A stretch of DNA of 64,000 bases from the human T2T-CHM13v2.0 reference genome, Homo sapiens, in assembly GCF_009914755.1 (NCBI RefSeq), contig NC_060936.1. One strand, 5' to 3'. The position numbers and the translations under genes were made by a program. The notes beneath the pieces are model-generated. The model was not told the DNA's origin and did not search any database. It saw only the letters and a list, made by a program, of their open reading frames with translations. The number at the start of each line of letters is the position of its first letter. The first letter of the stretch is position 1. Below, in pieces: positions 30,150-46,475 of the stretch.

Positions 30150-31430
30150 ATACCTAACCTACTCCAAATACGCTTCAATCCACATCATATCTCAAAGATT
30201 GTTCTGCTATGACCTCCATGTTGCTAACTCTATAGGTCACTTCTTTCTCCTCTTTCAGCAAGAATCAACACAATTGCCTGCTCCATCCTTCTTGAAATGT
30301 CTCCCTTTTTTGGCTTTCATGACATCAGACTTTTTTGGTTCTCTTTTTACCTCACTGAGCTGATAATTCCTCTTCTCCTAAACTCTAAATGTTGGAGTGA
30401 ACTAGGGCTATGTCCAAAACCCAGTCAGATCTCATCTATATAAGAGGCAAATCAAATCTTGGTTGTGAAATTTAAGTCCTTGAACCTGTACATCCATGGC
30501 CAACTTGACATCTTCAATTAGATGTTGCAGAAATAACATGGTCAAAACAAGTCCTGACTCACAGCTCTCCCTGGTCTTATTTTCCACCAGCCTTACCCAT
30601 CCCAGCAAGAGGTACCACCATCCACCTAATTCCTCAAACCAAAAATGTACAACTTAACTTAAACCTTTATCTACTTTACTCCCCATCTCCATTCCATCTA
30701 TTGGTCTTGTCATCTCTATCACTTATAATTGTTCATTTCTCCACTTACCCATTTCACCACATCCCTAGTATAAGCCACCATCCCTTCACACCTGTTCTTA
30801 CAGCAACATCTCCCCGACGGGGATTCCTTCTTCCTTTCTTGTACCTTGCTACAGAATATTCTTCACAATATTTTCTTTTAAAAACATGTGATCTTTTAAA
30901 ATGTACTTCAGTGTGTGATCTTATAAAAATGTATCTAAGATTGAGTCACCCCCAAATCTTATCCTACCTGAGAATCTCTGGGTGGCTTTTAATCACATTT
31001 AAAATAAAACCTGAACTCTTACAATAGTTGGCAAAGCCCTCCATAATTCAGCCCTGCTTATGTCTCTGATCTTATCTCTTACCACTCTTCCCTTGCCCAC
31101 TCCACTCCAGCCATAGAATTAGTTTTCAAACACACTGAGATTATTCCAACTCAAAGGCCTTTGCACTAGCATTTTCCTCTGCTGAAATATTCTTCCAATT
31201 GTTCTTTGTATAATGGTATACTGCTTCTCATTTAACTCTCGAGTTTCATCTCCTCCTAGAGACACTTGGTGACCACTCAATCTACAGGAGCTCCTGCTGA
31301 CTCATATCTTTCCATCCCATCACCCTAATAGTTATCATATCCAACACTTCTTTCTTTCTTTTCCTTCCTACATTCTTTCCTTTCTTTCTCTATCCAATTT
31401 TTATACTCTTGCTCAAATCCTGTCTCAGAA
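30150..31430 (+). mobile_element. Long L2 fragment
   Basis: atgacctccatgttgctaactc ... ccaacttgacatcttcaattagatg ... ggcctttgcactagc. Confidence 0.75.
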
Positions 31431-31432
31431 TG

Positions 31433-31775
31433 TGCGATGGTTTGAATATGTCCCTCAAAGTTCATGTGTCAGAAACTTAATCCTCAATGCAGTGTTGAGA
31501 GGTGGGTCCTTCAAGAGGTGATTAGGTCATGAGGGCTCTGCCCTCATGAATGGATTAAGGCTGATGGGTTTCTGATAAAAGGGTGAGTTTGACCCCATTT
31601 CTCTCACATGCATGTGCCCACTTGCTTTTCTGCCTCCTGCTATGGCATGATGCAGCAAGAAGGCCCTCATCACATGTGGGCTCCTCAACCTTAGATCCAG
31701 ACTTAAGAAATAAATCTCTGTTCATGATGAATTACTCAGTCTCAAGTCAATAGCAGCACAAAATAGACTAAGACA
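31433..31775 (+). mobile_element. MaLR solo LTR (MST family)
   Basis: tgcgatggtttgaatatgtccctcaaagttcatg ... agactaagaca; 5-bp TSD gaatg/gaaag. Confidence 0.88.
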
Positions 31776-31885
31776 GAAAGTTCCCTGTGAGCAAGGGTCC
31801 TTGTATGTCTTGATCACTACTACATGTATGGCCCATAAACTGTCCCCGACACATAGAGGGTCAGTATTACTATGTTTATGATCCT

Positions 31886-31900
31886 ACACACACACACACA

Positions 31901-31939
<39 letters not shown>
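31886..31939. repeat. (CA)n microsatellite, one interruption
   Basis: Direct read. Confidence 0.97.
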
Positions 31940-31941
<2 letters not shown>

Positions 31942-32884
31942 CTTACTGGACTATCAGGGTATCCAGGACTTGTGATTCTGCTATTATGGTGCAGGAACTG
32001 ACAAGTGAAGATAAGAATTCAGAACTCAGGCCTGTAGTTACCAGCCTGATGGGCAGTGGCTCTGAGCCATGTTAAGTTTATGAAGAATCCAGCAAGGGAA
32101 AGAAATACATGATCACAGTCTTCAGGAATGCAATGGAATGATTTTTTTTTTTCCCCGAAACAGCCCTAGGGGCTGCCCTCCAAAGAAAGCAAGAAATCGT
32201 GATACTAGGGACATTCCACTCTCTGGGTGGTGAGGCGAGTGTCTGAATCTCTCTTTCACCCACTCACCCCCACCTGAGGCCTAGGTTATTTCTATATTAA
32301 AGTCAGCAGCTCTGACCATTACCAACCTGCTTTGTATTCCTCATTCTCCTCATGATTGTTTTTTCAACAAAACTTCAATAAAGTAGTATAAGAGAAAAGG
32401 AATGTATTCCCAGTCAAGCAATGACTGGAAAGAATTCAGAAATACCAAGAGACAAGCAGGCAGGCAATTTCAGAAAACACAAAACCAGGAAAAATGATGA
32501 AGAAAAATATATCCACTTGAATGTAGATTAAAAAAAAAAAAGAACTCTTCAAACCCCATTAAACCTTAGATCTTTAAAAATGTTCCCTTAGACTTGACCA
32601 GTATTTGAGGACATCAATCAAATCTTCTCTTTAACTCCTGAAGAAAAGAAACACATCACTTCTCTTAAAAGAAGCTTTCTGGGTATGGATTGATATCTTT
32701 CAGAAAATAGACGGGTAAGGCTCAGATCTGCTCTTTGATTTTCACTCACCCAAGGGACGTTTTCTGAAATGTTTTATTTATACGGGGAGCATTTACCAAA
32801 TGCTCCCATGGGGTGGGAGACTAGTTTTAAAAAAATATTAAATACTTGGAAACCAATTAAGGCAATGTTGCCAGTTTCCCAATC

Positions 32885-33385
<501 letters not shown>

Positions 33386-33781
33386 TAAGAGAAACTGATA
33401 AATACATAAAATATTACTTCCTATAGTTTCTTTTTTACAAAATGCAAATGCTCTGACATTTTACCTGTATGTTTCCCCATAAATTAATTTACTTAAAATA
33501 TGCTTCTAGAAAAAGGCAGTATTTTACCAAAATGAGGAATAAAACAACATAGTATATTTATGAATATACTTGTACATTTCCATCCTCTATAATTTAAGAG
33601 TCATTAAAATAAGCACCGTAAATATAAGAAATGATATTCAATTGTTTAATAAAAAACACAAAGGGGTCTCAATATATGGTATTGAACAGCTAGTTTGACA
33701 ACAAGGAGATTTTTTCAGTATCTGTTCATTGTGTTTTATGGATATTCCTCTTCCACTATTTACTTATATTCATAATATTTA

Positions 33782-33832
33782 TATATTATTTTATAAGTAA
33801 TATTATATTATTTTATAAGTAATATTATATTA
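33782..33832. repeat. AT-rich 22-bp tandem duplication
   Basis: tatattattttataagtaatat, about 2.3 copies. Confidence 0.85.
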
Positions 33833-34522
33833 CTTATATTTCTATCACCTCTAATTGATAATTGTATATATTCTGAAAAATAAGACCAAATATTTAAGTA
33901 CTAATATTAAGTTATTATTTTGCTCAGAATCCTCAATATTCAAAATGTTATTTAGCATATTTACATTCACCAGTGGGAAAAAATGAATATTTGATTTGGA
34001 TAGTCTTTTATTTATTTTGCTTGTTTGCTTTTTCTCTTATGACAGATGGTTTTAACACAGAGGGAATAAAAACAGGATTCTTGTTTATCAAGGGATCATC
34101 TGTTTCTGGTGTGTAGTCCTCACCTGTAAAGCACAATCCAATGTTGCAGCATCACAGCTTGTTGTTGTAAAAATATGAGTTCTGATGTGGTCTCCTGACA
34201 CCATGTACAACTACACTTTGTGCTGCACTGGGTCATATTTTTAGTTACTATGTCAAGACTCACTTATGTGTGCCCTACTGATCCGTCTCACCAGGTGGGT
34301 GGCCAACAGTGTTAACAGTAGATACCAGAAAGCAAAGCTCACTCCTAAAATACCCAACAAGTATTTTTTCAAAATTATTTAACTTATGTGTTTATCATTT
34401 GCCAAAACCAGTCAATTGCCTTCCCTCTGTTTGAGTCAAAGCCAAAGGAACATATTCAAAGATTCCCCCACAAGAGCAATGATAACATAATGATCAAGCC
34501 CAAAGTTAGTAAGGAAAATCAA

Positions 34523-36130
<1,608 letters not shown>

Positions 36131-36642
36131 AGGGAGAATTATAACGGAATGTTTTATATTTTAAATCAGGCCTAAACCTTGATTTTTTCTCACTAACTTT
36201 GGGCAGAGAAATTCCATTTGATTTACATGGCTTATTAAGACTCACAAAACTTTGGGTCAAATGCCAAAGGTTTAGACCTAGCTAAAACCATGAAGTAAGG
36301 TCAAGTGTGTGTTCAGCCCCCAAGCTTCATTCCTCTTCTCCCAATATGGTACCTCAGTCCTCCCCACACCTTGTCTTTAAAGTCCTTTTCCTAAGAAATC
36401 CCTAATTCCACTTCCATAATCAAGACTGTCTTCCAAGCATAACATTCTGCCCCCTTTCTCATTCTTACCTACACAAAAGTCCTGAGACTCCGTCTACCTT
36501 CCCAACTGCTGTCCCTCAGAGCATTGGAAGCCTTTATGCGTATGCCCAAGAAACACATTGCACATCTAAGTTTAGACAGTGAGGCTGATAAGGAGAAAAA
36601 ATGATTTGAGAGTCAAGGAATCTTAAAACATAACGTACAGTA

Positions 36643-36964
<322 letters not shown>

Positions 36965-37229
36965 TCAATTTCTATCCACTGGGCCAGTCCTGGCTTCTGG
37001 TGAGAGGGTAGCCCTCAGTGCCCCATCACCTTGAGAATTCAGAACTAGTTTTCAGGGAAATAAGGTATTCCCAGATTTCACATACAGTTCTGGAATTTAT
37101 ACCATTCTGATTATGTGTTTGTACCATTAACAGTGTCAGCAACCATTTATTTATTTACTAAGTACCAGCCACTGAATTGGGTGTCATACTGGAACAAATT
37201 ACGAAGTTCCCCAAATTCTCTTTGCCCAG

Positions 37230-37800
37230 CTTTCTTCCTGGGTATTTGGTTGCTCACTCAAAAGAGGGTCCAGCCTCATCTCTTGACACAGCCAGGTATC
37301 AATCTCCCCCGAGGTAGGGCTGAGTTCTGATAAGGGTGTGGCAGCCCCAGTGGCAAGACCCAACCTCATCAGATCCATGGAGGTGCTGGTTTCTCACACC
37401 ACTTTCAGGTTCAGAAGGTTCATGACAGGATATGGGATCTGCCTTCCCCAGTAACAGCCTAGAAGGACCTGGTGACACAACTAAAAGTGCACAGGAGTTA
37501 ATGCGGATTGAAGGTTTACTAATGAGAGGCAGAAAACCACAGAGAGCCAGTAGACAAATCCCTCTTCCTTCCTTCCCTTGATGGACAATTCTGCCCACCT
37601 GCAGGTGCTCTGTACAACCAGCTGTTTTCTCCTGAAGCTATGGCCACATTGATTACACACCATCTATATTTTCCTTCCCTCCTTCTTTTCCCCATTTATC
37701 CTTTTTCTTTACTTTCTCTGTCCTGGGATTGTATCCTCCAATAAATTGTTAGTATATAAGCTTGTCTCAGGCTCTAATTCATAGGGAATCTGGGCTAAGT
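37230..37800 (+). mobile_element. Old ERVL LTR (LTR16-like)
   Basis: 3' end cctccaataaattg...cttgtctcaggctct..gggaatctgggctaag. Confidence 0.5.
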
Positions 37801-38320
37801 ACCCTACATATTATTCTTTCTCATCGTCATGTCCACCCTGGAAATATAATATTATTATCTTCATTCTACAGTGAGGAAACAGCCTCAGAGAGGTGTGCTT
37901 GCCCAAATTCACACAACTCGCAAGCAAAGAGCTGGAATGTGAATCTAGGTCTTTTTGACTCTAAAAACTCTACTCCTAACCACCACGGTATATACTGTCT
38001 CTTGCCATGTGTTTTTGAAACAGGTTTTTAGCCTAGTAAAGTGTTCACAGAAGGCTGGTACCCAAGGAGTTAAAAGGCCTTATAATAGATAAAATTTCTA
38101 AGCACTTACAATATATCAGGAATTCTTTAAAAACCTGTGTATTAACTCATTGAATCTTCACATTAATCTTATGAAGGAACTATTATTATACCTGCTTTAT
38201 ATATGAGGCACAGAGAAGTTTTATAACTTGCCAAGGGTCTTTCAGCTACTGTGTGGCGTGACGGTGGCTGGGCTTAGTCAGTCAGTCTGCGGAGGTCATG
38301 CTCTCACATGCTTCTCCAGA
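37800..38320 (-). mobile_element. Two MIR SINEs
   Basis: cattctacagtgaggaaacagcctcagagagg; tgaggcacagagaagt...acttgccaagg. Confidence 0.7.
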
Positions 38321-38879
38321 AAGAGTGAAGGGAATCATAATGGTGAAAGAACAGCAACCCACCAGCAGCACCCTCGTTTGTATCTCTGGGCATTCCAGGG
38401 AGTAGGACAAATAGCACTGACACAGTGCCCTGTAGATCAGTCCTTGGGTGGATTACTACAAGCTGTACCTGGAAGTAAGTGTTTCTGGTGTGTCTGCCAT
38501 AGATAAAAGAAGGTTTGGGGTAAAAAAGGAATTTCAGAAGAAGAGGCATATTTTTTTAAAGGGTGGAGGTAAATTCATGGTACACATAAGCTTGGCTTGT
38601 GTAAATCATTTGAAGACAGTAAACTGTGCTAAAAGGAACTATGGAATAACAGGATAAACATGTAAGAGCAGCACTAAGGGTGAACTTGTGGAGAGTTATC
38701 CTAACTGTAGGGGATTCTGAACTTCAACTTGATTTTTAAAAATAATTACACGGAAACGCTTCTATAAGGGAAGTTAGGGAATCCAAAAGATTCTTCAACA
38801 TGAGAAAGTCTGCAGTTACACAGGGTCATAGACTGTAGAGCTGGAAGAGACCATGGAACTGTCTTACAGAAGGCTGTAT

Positions 38880-39130
38880 AGACAGTAAGTAGTTAAGGGT
38901 TCATGCTTTGAAATGGAGTCAGAGAGCCTGCTTTGATTCATGATCCCACAATTTCAGCTCTATGAACCTGCCCAAACAATTCATCTCCCTCAGTCTTTTA
39001 TTCTTTTTCTATATAAATGATTTAATTATAGGTATTACATAGGTATAGGTTGACATGAGAGTTAAGTTAATGTACATAATGTGCTTAATAATGTCTACCA
39101 TAAAGTAGTCCATAAATGTTAACTATTATT
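38880..39130 (+). mobile_element. MIR SINE
   Basis: ggagtcagagagcctg ... ataaatgttaactattatt. Confidence 0.65.
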
Positions 39131-39934
39131 ATCTAGCCATCAATGAAGTATATGAGGCCTGTAGAGGTCATGTGATTTCTCCAAGCAACTGGTTAAAATT
39201 CAGGACCTTGACTCTGGGTTTCTGTTTCTAGACTGTGGGATATACAAAGATTTGTTAAAACAAAGTCCCTAAACTTAAGGAGCTAGAGAATGAGTATGGT
39301 ATACAAGAAAGGGTAAAGACTTTTGTGATTAAACACTAGGATAAAACTCTGGACTTGTTCCCTGTTGCTATCTTATCTGGGCCAGGTATTTGGACTTTTT
39401 GTAGTTTCAGCTTCTTCCTTGATAAAATCCATTTATGATGTTACTGTATATCTCATGTACCTATTTAACAATAAATTCCAGGGGCTTTATGTAGTAAGGC
39501 CTAAAGCATAGGATGAAAGAGAAAGGGGAAGCAATAAATTATCAGTATGTTGCAGGTATCAATGAGACATTCATTGTTCCATCATTAGTCTTGCATTTAT
39601 CTATGCTGGCAGGGCCTTCCTAAAGAATGCAGATGGCCTGGTTTAACTCATCCAGTGTGGGCCAGTCATGCCCAAGGTCATTGCAGTTGGAAAGAAACTA
39701 AATTGCTGGTGTCTTCTAAGACCTTTGGGATATTATTAAAGACAGAAATTCTAAAATTAAAGTTTTTTTTAATTATGAAAAACTTTACACATATGCCAAA
39801 ATAGAGAGCCTTGAATTCATCATTCAGATGCAACAATCATAAATTTTTGTTTCACCTGTACTCCCACTATACTAGATTAAATCCTGGATCATATATAACA
39901 ACATTGAATTTTAGTGGTGTTCAGAAAACAGGGT

Positions 39935-40290
39935 TGATATGGTTTGGCTGTGTTTCCACCCAAATCTCACCTTGAATTGTAATAATCCCCACATGTCAAG
40001 GATGGGGCCAGGTGGAAGATAATTGAATTATGGGGTGGTTTCCCCCATACTGTTCTCACGGTAGTGAATAAGTCTCTCAAGATCTGATGGTTTTATAAAT
40101 GGGAGTTCCCCTGTTCAAGCTTTCTTGCCTGCCACCATGTAAGATGTGACTTTGCTCCTCCTTTGCCTTCCACCATGATTGTGAGGCCTCCCTAGCCATG
40201 TGGAACTGTGAGTAAATTAAACCTCTTTCCTTTATAAATTTCCCAGTCTCAGGTATGTCTTTATTAGCAGCATGAGAATAGACTAACACA
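39935..40290 (+). mobile_element. THE1 (C-like) solo LTR
   Basis: tgatatggtttggctgtg ... gactaacaca; perfect 5-bp TSD agggt. Confidence 0.95.
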
Positions 40291-41134
40291 AGGGTTCAGG
40301 GGCAGCATTCCATACCTCCCTCCTGGTACCAGGCCAGGGAGTTTCCCCAGTTGTACAACCCAAGGGATGGTGATGGTTACATTGTTGATCACCTCTGAGA
40401 AGCTCCTTCTTCTCTGGTCCCTTCAGAACCAAAGTCTACCTCTCCTTCAGTGCTATAATTGAGGTTTTCATGACACTCTGAGGCACAGTAATTTTTCTGA
40501 AACTGTCTAGGATCCACGTCTACTTCCTTATGTACCCAAAGCATTCACTCTCTCCAACTCAAACCTGGGAACTGGGATAAAGTGTTCCTCTCTTGGATAG
40601 CCATCTAGGTCACTGGTCTCCCTGCTTCTCTTCTGGCCTTCCTTCTTCCCCCTTTCCCTTTTAAAGAGTGGGTGAGTGGAAAGGTGGGGTTGCTAATGAA
40701 GAGAAGACCTGCTCTATTACATGAAGCCTGTCCCAAATATCCTATCAATCCTGGAGTTCACAGAATGTCCACTCTATCAGAAGAGTCTCCTCAGCTATGT
40801 TCTACCTTTGAATCTATCATATCTTTCCTCAGTGGCAAGGAGTTCAGGACCTAGTATCTCTGCAAATGGAGTGGGAAATATGAGGAGAAGGGGAAAAATT
40901 AATATTTCAAAAATGTTGTCCTGCCAAAGATGGGTTTAAAATTCTGTGACAGAAAGAAAGCCAGCATAGCAATGTTCAGAGCCCTGCAAGATACAGGTGG
41001 TAATACAGGGACATGTAGTCCGAAGCAGACAGACCGAGATTGTAATGTTGTTTTACAATTCAAGGCATTTTGTGTCACTCCCTTAGTTTCCTCGTCTGTA
41101 TAATGGGGATGCTAACACCTACTTAAATGTGTGA

Positions 41135-42545
41135 TTTTTTTTTTTTTACTTTGAAAATGGTTTTATTTTACCTGCAAATAATGAACAGATGTTCTACTCA
41201 TAAATTCTACTTTCCAAAAAACAATTAGAAGCTTTCTAAAAGAAAACCACACAATACATTTTAAAAGGCACTGGGATTCCTCTGCTTCTCAGTCATTGCT
41301 AGGCCAGAAAAATGAAGTCTGTTCTACCAGGAATCACAAGTTAGAACTGAGTATTCTCCAAAGTGGAAATGATAGGGTATAGCGCCATTTCGGGCAGAGA
41401 CTATTCAGCTCTCATTTACAACATCCACAATTACCTATCAGAATGGCTAAACCAGGTAACCAGGTCAAAACAGTCCAGTATAATTAGGCCCCATCAAACA
41501 ATGCCATTATGCTGTTCTAAGATGCTAATAAACCAAAACAGGAAATACTGAAGTCAAAATAAAAGATATTCAACTCTGTCATACAAATTGTTTGTTCCTT
41601 GTATCCCCCTGATTCTATAACATTAATAAATGAAATATTTTACTGCAAATAATATTTTATTTTATATCTCGCTAGCCATGCATTTTTGTCATTAGTCACT
41701 GTATAAATGCTGCCTTGTGACATTATCCAAATGGCATGACCATTTTACGCCCACAATTCACTTTTATAGTTATAAATGGAATTTTCATGATTTACATAAC
41801 TACATCTATCAGTGAAGATTTAACATTGAGATGCAATCTAACATTTATAATAACTGATGTTTTATAGACAGTAACGTAGGAAATATACATTTTAATCACT
41901 TTTCATTTAAGTGACCTTATGTAAAAAAACCAATAATTTAGCAGTTCCAAATCTCTGAAGGACATTTTCAAGTGTACATATAGAAATAGTTACAGTGAGA
42001 TTTTTAAGAAGCATCTTCCATGTCCACATCCTGTTGTCATTGCTGTACCATTTTCTCTTCCATCTGCTTTCTTTGCCTGCCAGACGGGCTCCGATAAGAT
42101 GGATGTTTTGCTTGACTTCTTCGATATATCCTGAACTTTCTGTAGCTCTATTTTTCTTCAATCTGTTCATTGTAAAGTTAGCTTGGCGTTTCTGTTTGAT
42201 CTCTTCAACTCTCTTCATTGCATCAATAGTTTTATTCCGTAGCTCTCACTGGTATTTGATAGGTTCATTTCTACATTTTTCATATTTAAATGAATTATCC
42301 ACTGTAAGCTTTTCACCAGCTGCTTTCTGGAATGCTGTAGCCCACATGACCTTGTGAGAATTGCGCTTCTTTTTAAAGTTTTAATGACATTTAAATTTAC
42401 AAAATCTGAACACCCTGCAATAGTTGTGGACGAACATCATGCCGTGGCCAGGGTGGATGGGCCCCAGATAGAAATAACACTTCTCCATACACATGTTGAA
42501 CCCGTATGGATCCCCACTGACCAAACACCAAGCTTGAGAGGTGGG
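41135..42545 (-). pseudogene. RSL24D1P: Processed pseudogene of RSL24D1 (ribosome biogenesis factor RLP24, eL24 family)
   Basis: Minus-strand CDS 42494-42004 reads [44 protein letters not shown]...[23 protein letters not shown]; stops at 42383-42381 and 42248-42246 plus frameshifts; no introns; AATAAA at 41167-41162; poly(A) at 41135-41147; TSD aaatgtgtgatttttt. Confidence 0.95.
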
Positions 42546-43024
42546 AAATGTGTGATTTTTTAGGAGACAAAATGATGTGCTAATCTTAGTGCTTGTTACA
42601 CCTAAATAACATTAGGTATTATTATTATTGCTATCACTCATTTTCTTATTGAAAATGAGAATGAATTCTCACTAATGTCATAAGGGAATATTCCTTAGGG
42701 AAGGCGAGCTCAAATTGGGTTTTGAAGGGTGTGTACATCTTCTGTAGGTAAGTATGGGGGTATATTGCAGTGAGAGCATTCTGGGTAAAACAAATATGTT
42801 CCACAGGGACAATAACCAAATATCTTTCTTTTATCACACAAAGCTATCAGCTACTAAAAATATCAACTAAAGAAAGAATGAGTTTTTTTTCATATAACTA
42901 GATCCCCCACTTCTTACAAACAAAATGCATGGTTTCCAGAAAATATTTAGAAAACTTAGACAAACTAAATGAAGAAAATTAAAACTACTCAAAATGTCAT
43001 CTTCAAGATATAATTGTTATTAAA

Positions 43025-43335
43025 ATTTTAAATTTTTAATTGTGGCAAAACATACATAACATAAAATAAAATTTACCACCTTAACCATTTTAAGGGTGCA
43101 GTTTAGCAGCATTAAGTACGTTTGTATTGTTCTGCACATAATCTCTAAAAACTCTTTTCATCTTGCAAAATTGAAACTCTGTACCCATTGAACAACAAGT
43201 CTCCACTCCGCAGTCCCTCCAGCCCCTGGCAATCACCATTCTACTTCCTGTATCTGTGATTTTGATGATTCTAGGTACTTCGTGTAAGTGGCCTCATATG
43301 GTGCTTGTGTTTTTGTGACTGGCATATTTCACTTA
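43025..43335 (-). mobile_element. L1MB-like 3' end
   Basis: aaatttaccaccttaaccattttaag ... aaactctgtacccattgaacaac ... cagcccctggcaatcaccattctac. Confidence 0.85.
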
Positions 43336-44909
43336 AAATTGATTTCTTACTAGTTTTGTTACCTGTTTTTGTATGGAAATGTTTAGATCTGCCATTGTTT
43401 ATTTAATCATTTCCCCACAGTAGGACAGTTAGGGGCTTACATTAAAAAACATTATAAATAACCTTGCAACTATTATCCTTATTGTAAATCTTTAGGCCCC
43501 TTCATTGTCAGCTCTTTAGGATAAGTTTTTAGACATCCATTTGCTGGGTTATAGGGTATGCTCACTTAGTCTCTTGATAAATACTGCCACCTTTTCCCTA
43601 AGAAATGTAGCAGCAATTTTGATTCCTACCAGTGTTGTGAGTGCTGATTTCCATGTCTCTTTTACTTTTCATTTTTTAACCACTTAAATTGGAACTATTT
43701 TTGATCCTTCATCAGTCATTGCTTAAAGCCCAGTGAAGTGCAGACTTCACAAGGGATATACCATACACCCACTGTAGCCCAAAGGGCTAAGAAATCAAAC
43801 TGAGAACTTCATGCTTCAAGAAGTTCAGGGCAGTTAACTTAATCCTGCTTAACCACCAAATCCTAGGTTCCTGGCTTAGGATTCTCTCAGTCTTTGAACG
43901 TACAGAAAATCCTGTTATTTAGTGGCCTAAGGATATAGCTTGCATTGACTGAATCTACTCTGTCATCGTTCCTCAAATTAATTCCTAACAATACTGTTGT
44001 TAGAAAAACTCAGCAAAGAATTTAATTCAAGTGAAAATGCCAACATGAGAGAAAATCATGTCTAACCCAACATATCATACCAACCAAAAAGAACCAGTCT
44101 ACAAATAACTTTCTCAAAGTTTGATCTGGGAAGGTACTTCATTAGGAAAAACAGTATATGTGCACAATAATAACCTATGGTTAGATTTTTTTTTACTGTG
44201 TCATGATATAATAATATTTCCAAACACACATACAGACACTGAATTTTCTTGGTCAAATGTCAAGTGCAAATTTATCACATAAGGAGGGTTTGCTCATTAT
44301 GGTATTTCCTAAATAATCAGTTTTAGAGATTTAGCAAGTAATAAGAAATTAGTAAGCTTGAAGAGCAACAAAAACATTGCATCTGGAGATTAGATTGAAT
44401 GGAGCACATTGTTGAGCAAGCTTAACAATGTAGAAGATACTGGAAGTGTCCAAAAACATTTGTTAGAGGGAAATATCAACTAATATCTAACTTACACTTG
44501 TTTTATAATGCACGCACATGGGCACATGCACATTAAAAAGTAAAGACATGAGGAAAACATTGGAACAGTATTGGTTAAGATACCATTTCCTTTCCAATCT
44601 GTACCATGAGTTTCTCTAAGGGCAGGCATGAATTAAGTTTTGGGGTTTGATAGTTCTGAGCAGTGATTCCATCTTCTGTCATAACTGGTGATTTCATTCC
44701 CTTTGGCTTGTGTCTGTCTGTAAAACCTTATTTATGAAATTCCACTTGACTTTTCTCCTATCTTCTTCTTTTTATTGTTTGTCACGTGAAGACAGATCCA
44801 CTGGTGTCAGCACCCCTGACTTATGGTGAAAGCTGAGTGTAGGCAAATCCTGGCTTGGGGCATGATGGTGAGAGCAGGGGTGATTGGGGACTGGAGAAGA
44901 AACTTTGAG

Positions 44910-45120
44910 CATGTATTCTCAACTAGGGCAATCTTGCCCCCAGTGGGGCGAAACTTGGTTGATGAAACTAGGAGGCAAAAATACCTCATTCTTTATGCAT
45001 AGGCACAGATATACAGTATATCTATTGTATTAAAATATTATGAGAGTGATGATTAGTAAAAAATGTCTAAAAGGCTGGTGGGAGGTGGAGGCCGTAATGA
45101 AGAAAGGTTAAGAGGTAGTG
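44910..45120. mobile_element. hAT-Charlie MITE (MER113-like)
   Basis: tattctcaactagggcaatcttgcccccagtggggcgaaac ... taatgaagaaaggttaaga. Confidence 0.55.
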
Positions 45121-46101
45121 ACTGAGAGGAAAAGTAGTTCTTCACAAGGCACTCAGCTGCCTAGAAATGACCCAATTTAAGAACCTCTGTTCTTAAAAAG
45201 GGAAATATTCATTTTTAAAGGATATTTCCAATGATAGTCCTTTGGAGTGGAGGTTATAGAATAAGTTTCTCTCATTTTCTTTTCTACATCTACCTTTCTA
45301 GGATTTCCAGCACAGAGTACAGCACAGGATAAAGGTCTGAATCAGAAATGACAGCCTGCTTATATTTGTGAAAAGTTAAATTAGGCTTTGAAATGATGAC
45401 CAGCATCATTGTTGATGAGACGACAATGTAGATTCATTGGCATCTATTACATGTTAGGTACTTTGTCTATGGTTACCACCTTAGTTAACATAACCACCCT
45501 GCAGAATAGGTATATTATCCCCAGCTAAGCAGCAATTATGTGCCGAACCAGAATGTGAACCCAGGTCTGTGTGACTCTCAAGGAGATACACTTTCCACTG
45601 GACCACACCATTCCTCATGAAGCAAACAGTTCAGATGAAGGGTCCCTGGAAAGCCCTCTTGTTCCTTACAGAAGGTTTTTGCTTCTCTGGAGTTTTGACC
45701 TTGGATGCTCCTTTAGGTGCTGTATCACTCATATAACTCACACTCTTCTTGCCCTTCAGGTTGTAATCTTAGCCTGTCTTAAAATGGCTCAAATGCAAAT
45801 GTCTTCACTTTTTTCATTATCACTTATCTTTAATGAGATGCACTTAAGTTCCTAAATGAGGGTCCTTCCATTCTACTTGAATGAACTGTATCACAGAATA
45901 ACCAGCATTACCACCCAAGCCAAAAGCCTGCTTTCCCAGAAGCCTGTCACTGTAGATGGGCAGCCCTTATGGTTGATAATCTGTATCTTTCCTTTTAAGC
46001 CCTCAGATGCTGTTTGGAAATATGCAGTTATGTTCTCCTCTATCATGTTGGTTTTCCAAGGATCCTTCTTCCTATTTCCTTCTCGCTCATAAAAACATTT
46101 G

Positions 46102-46475
<374 letters not shown>

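Noticed and set aside
41907-42218. 103-aa ORF as an intact gene
   Set aside because: It is the frameshifted C-terminal remnant of the RSL24D1 pseudogene
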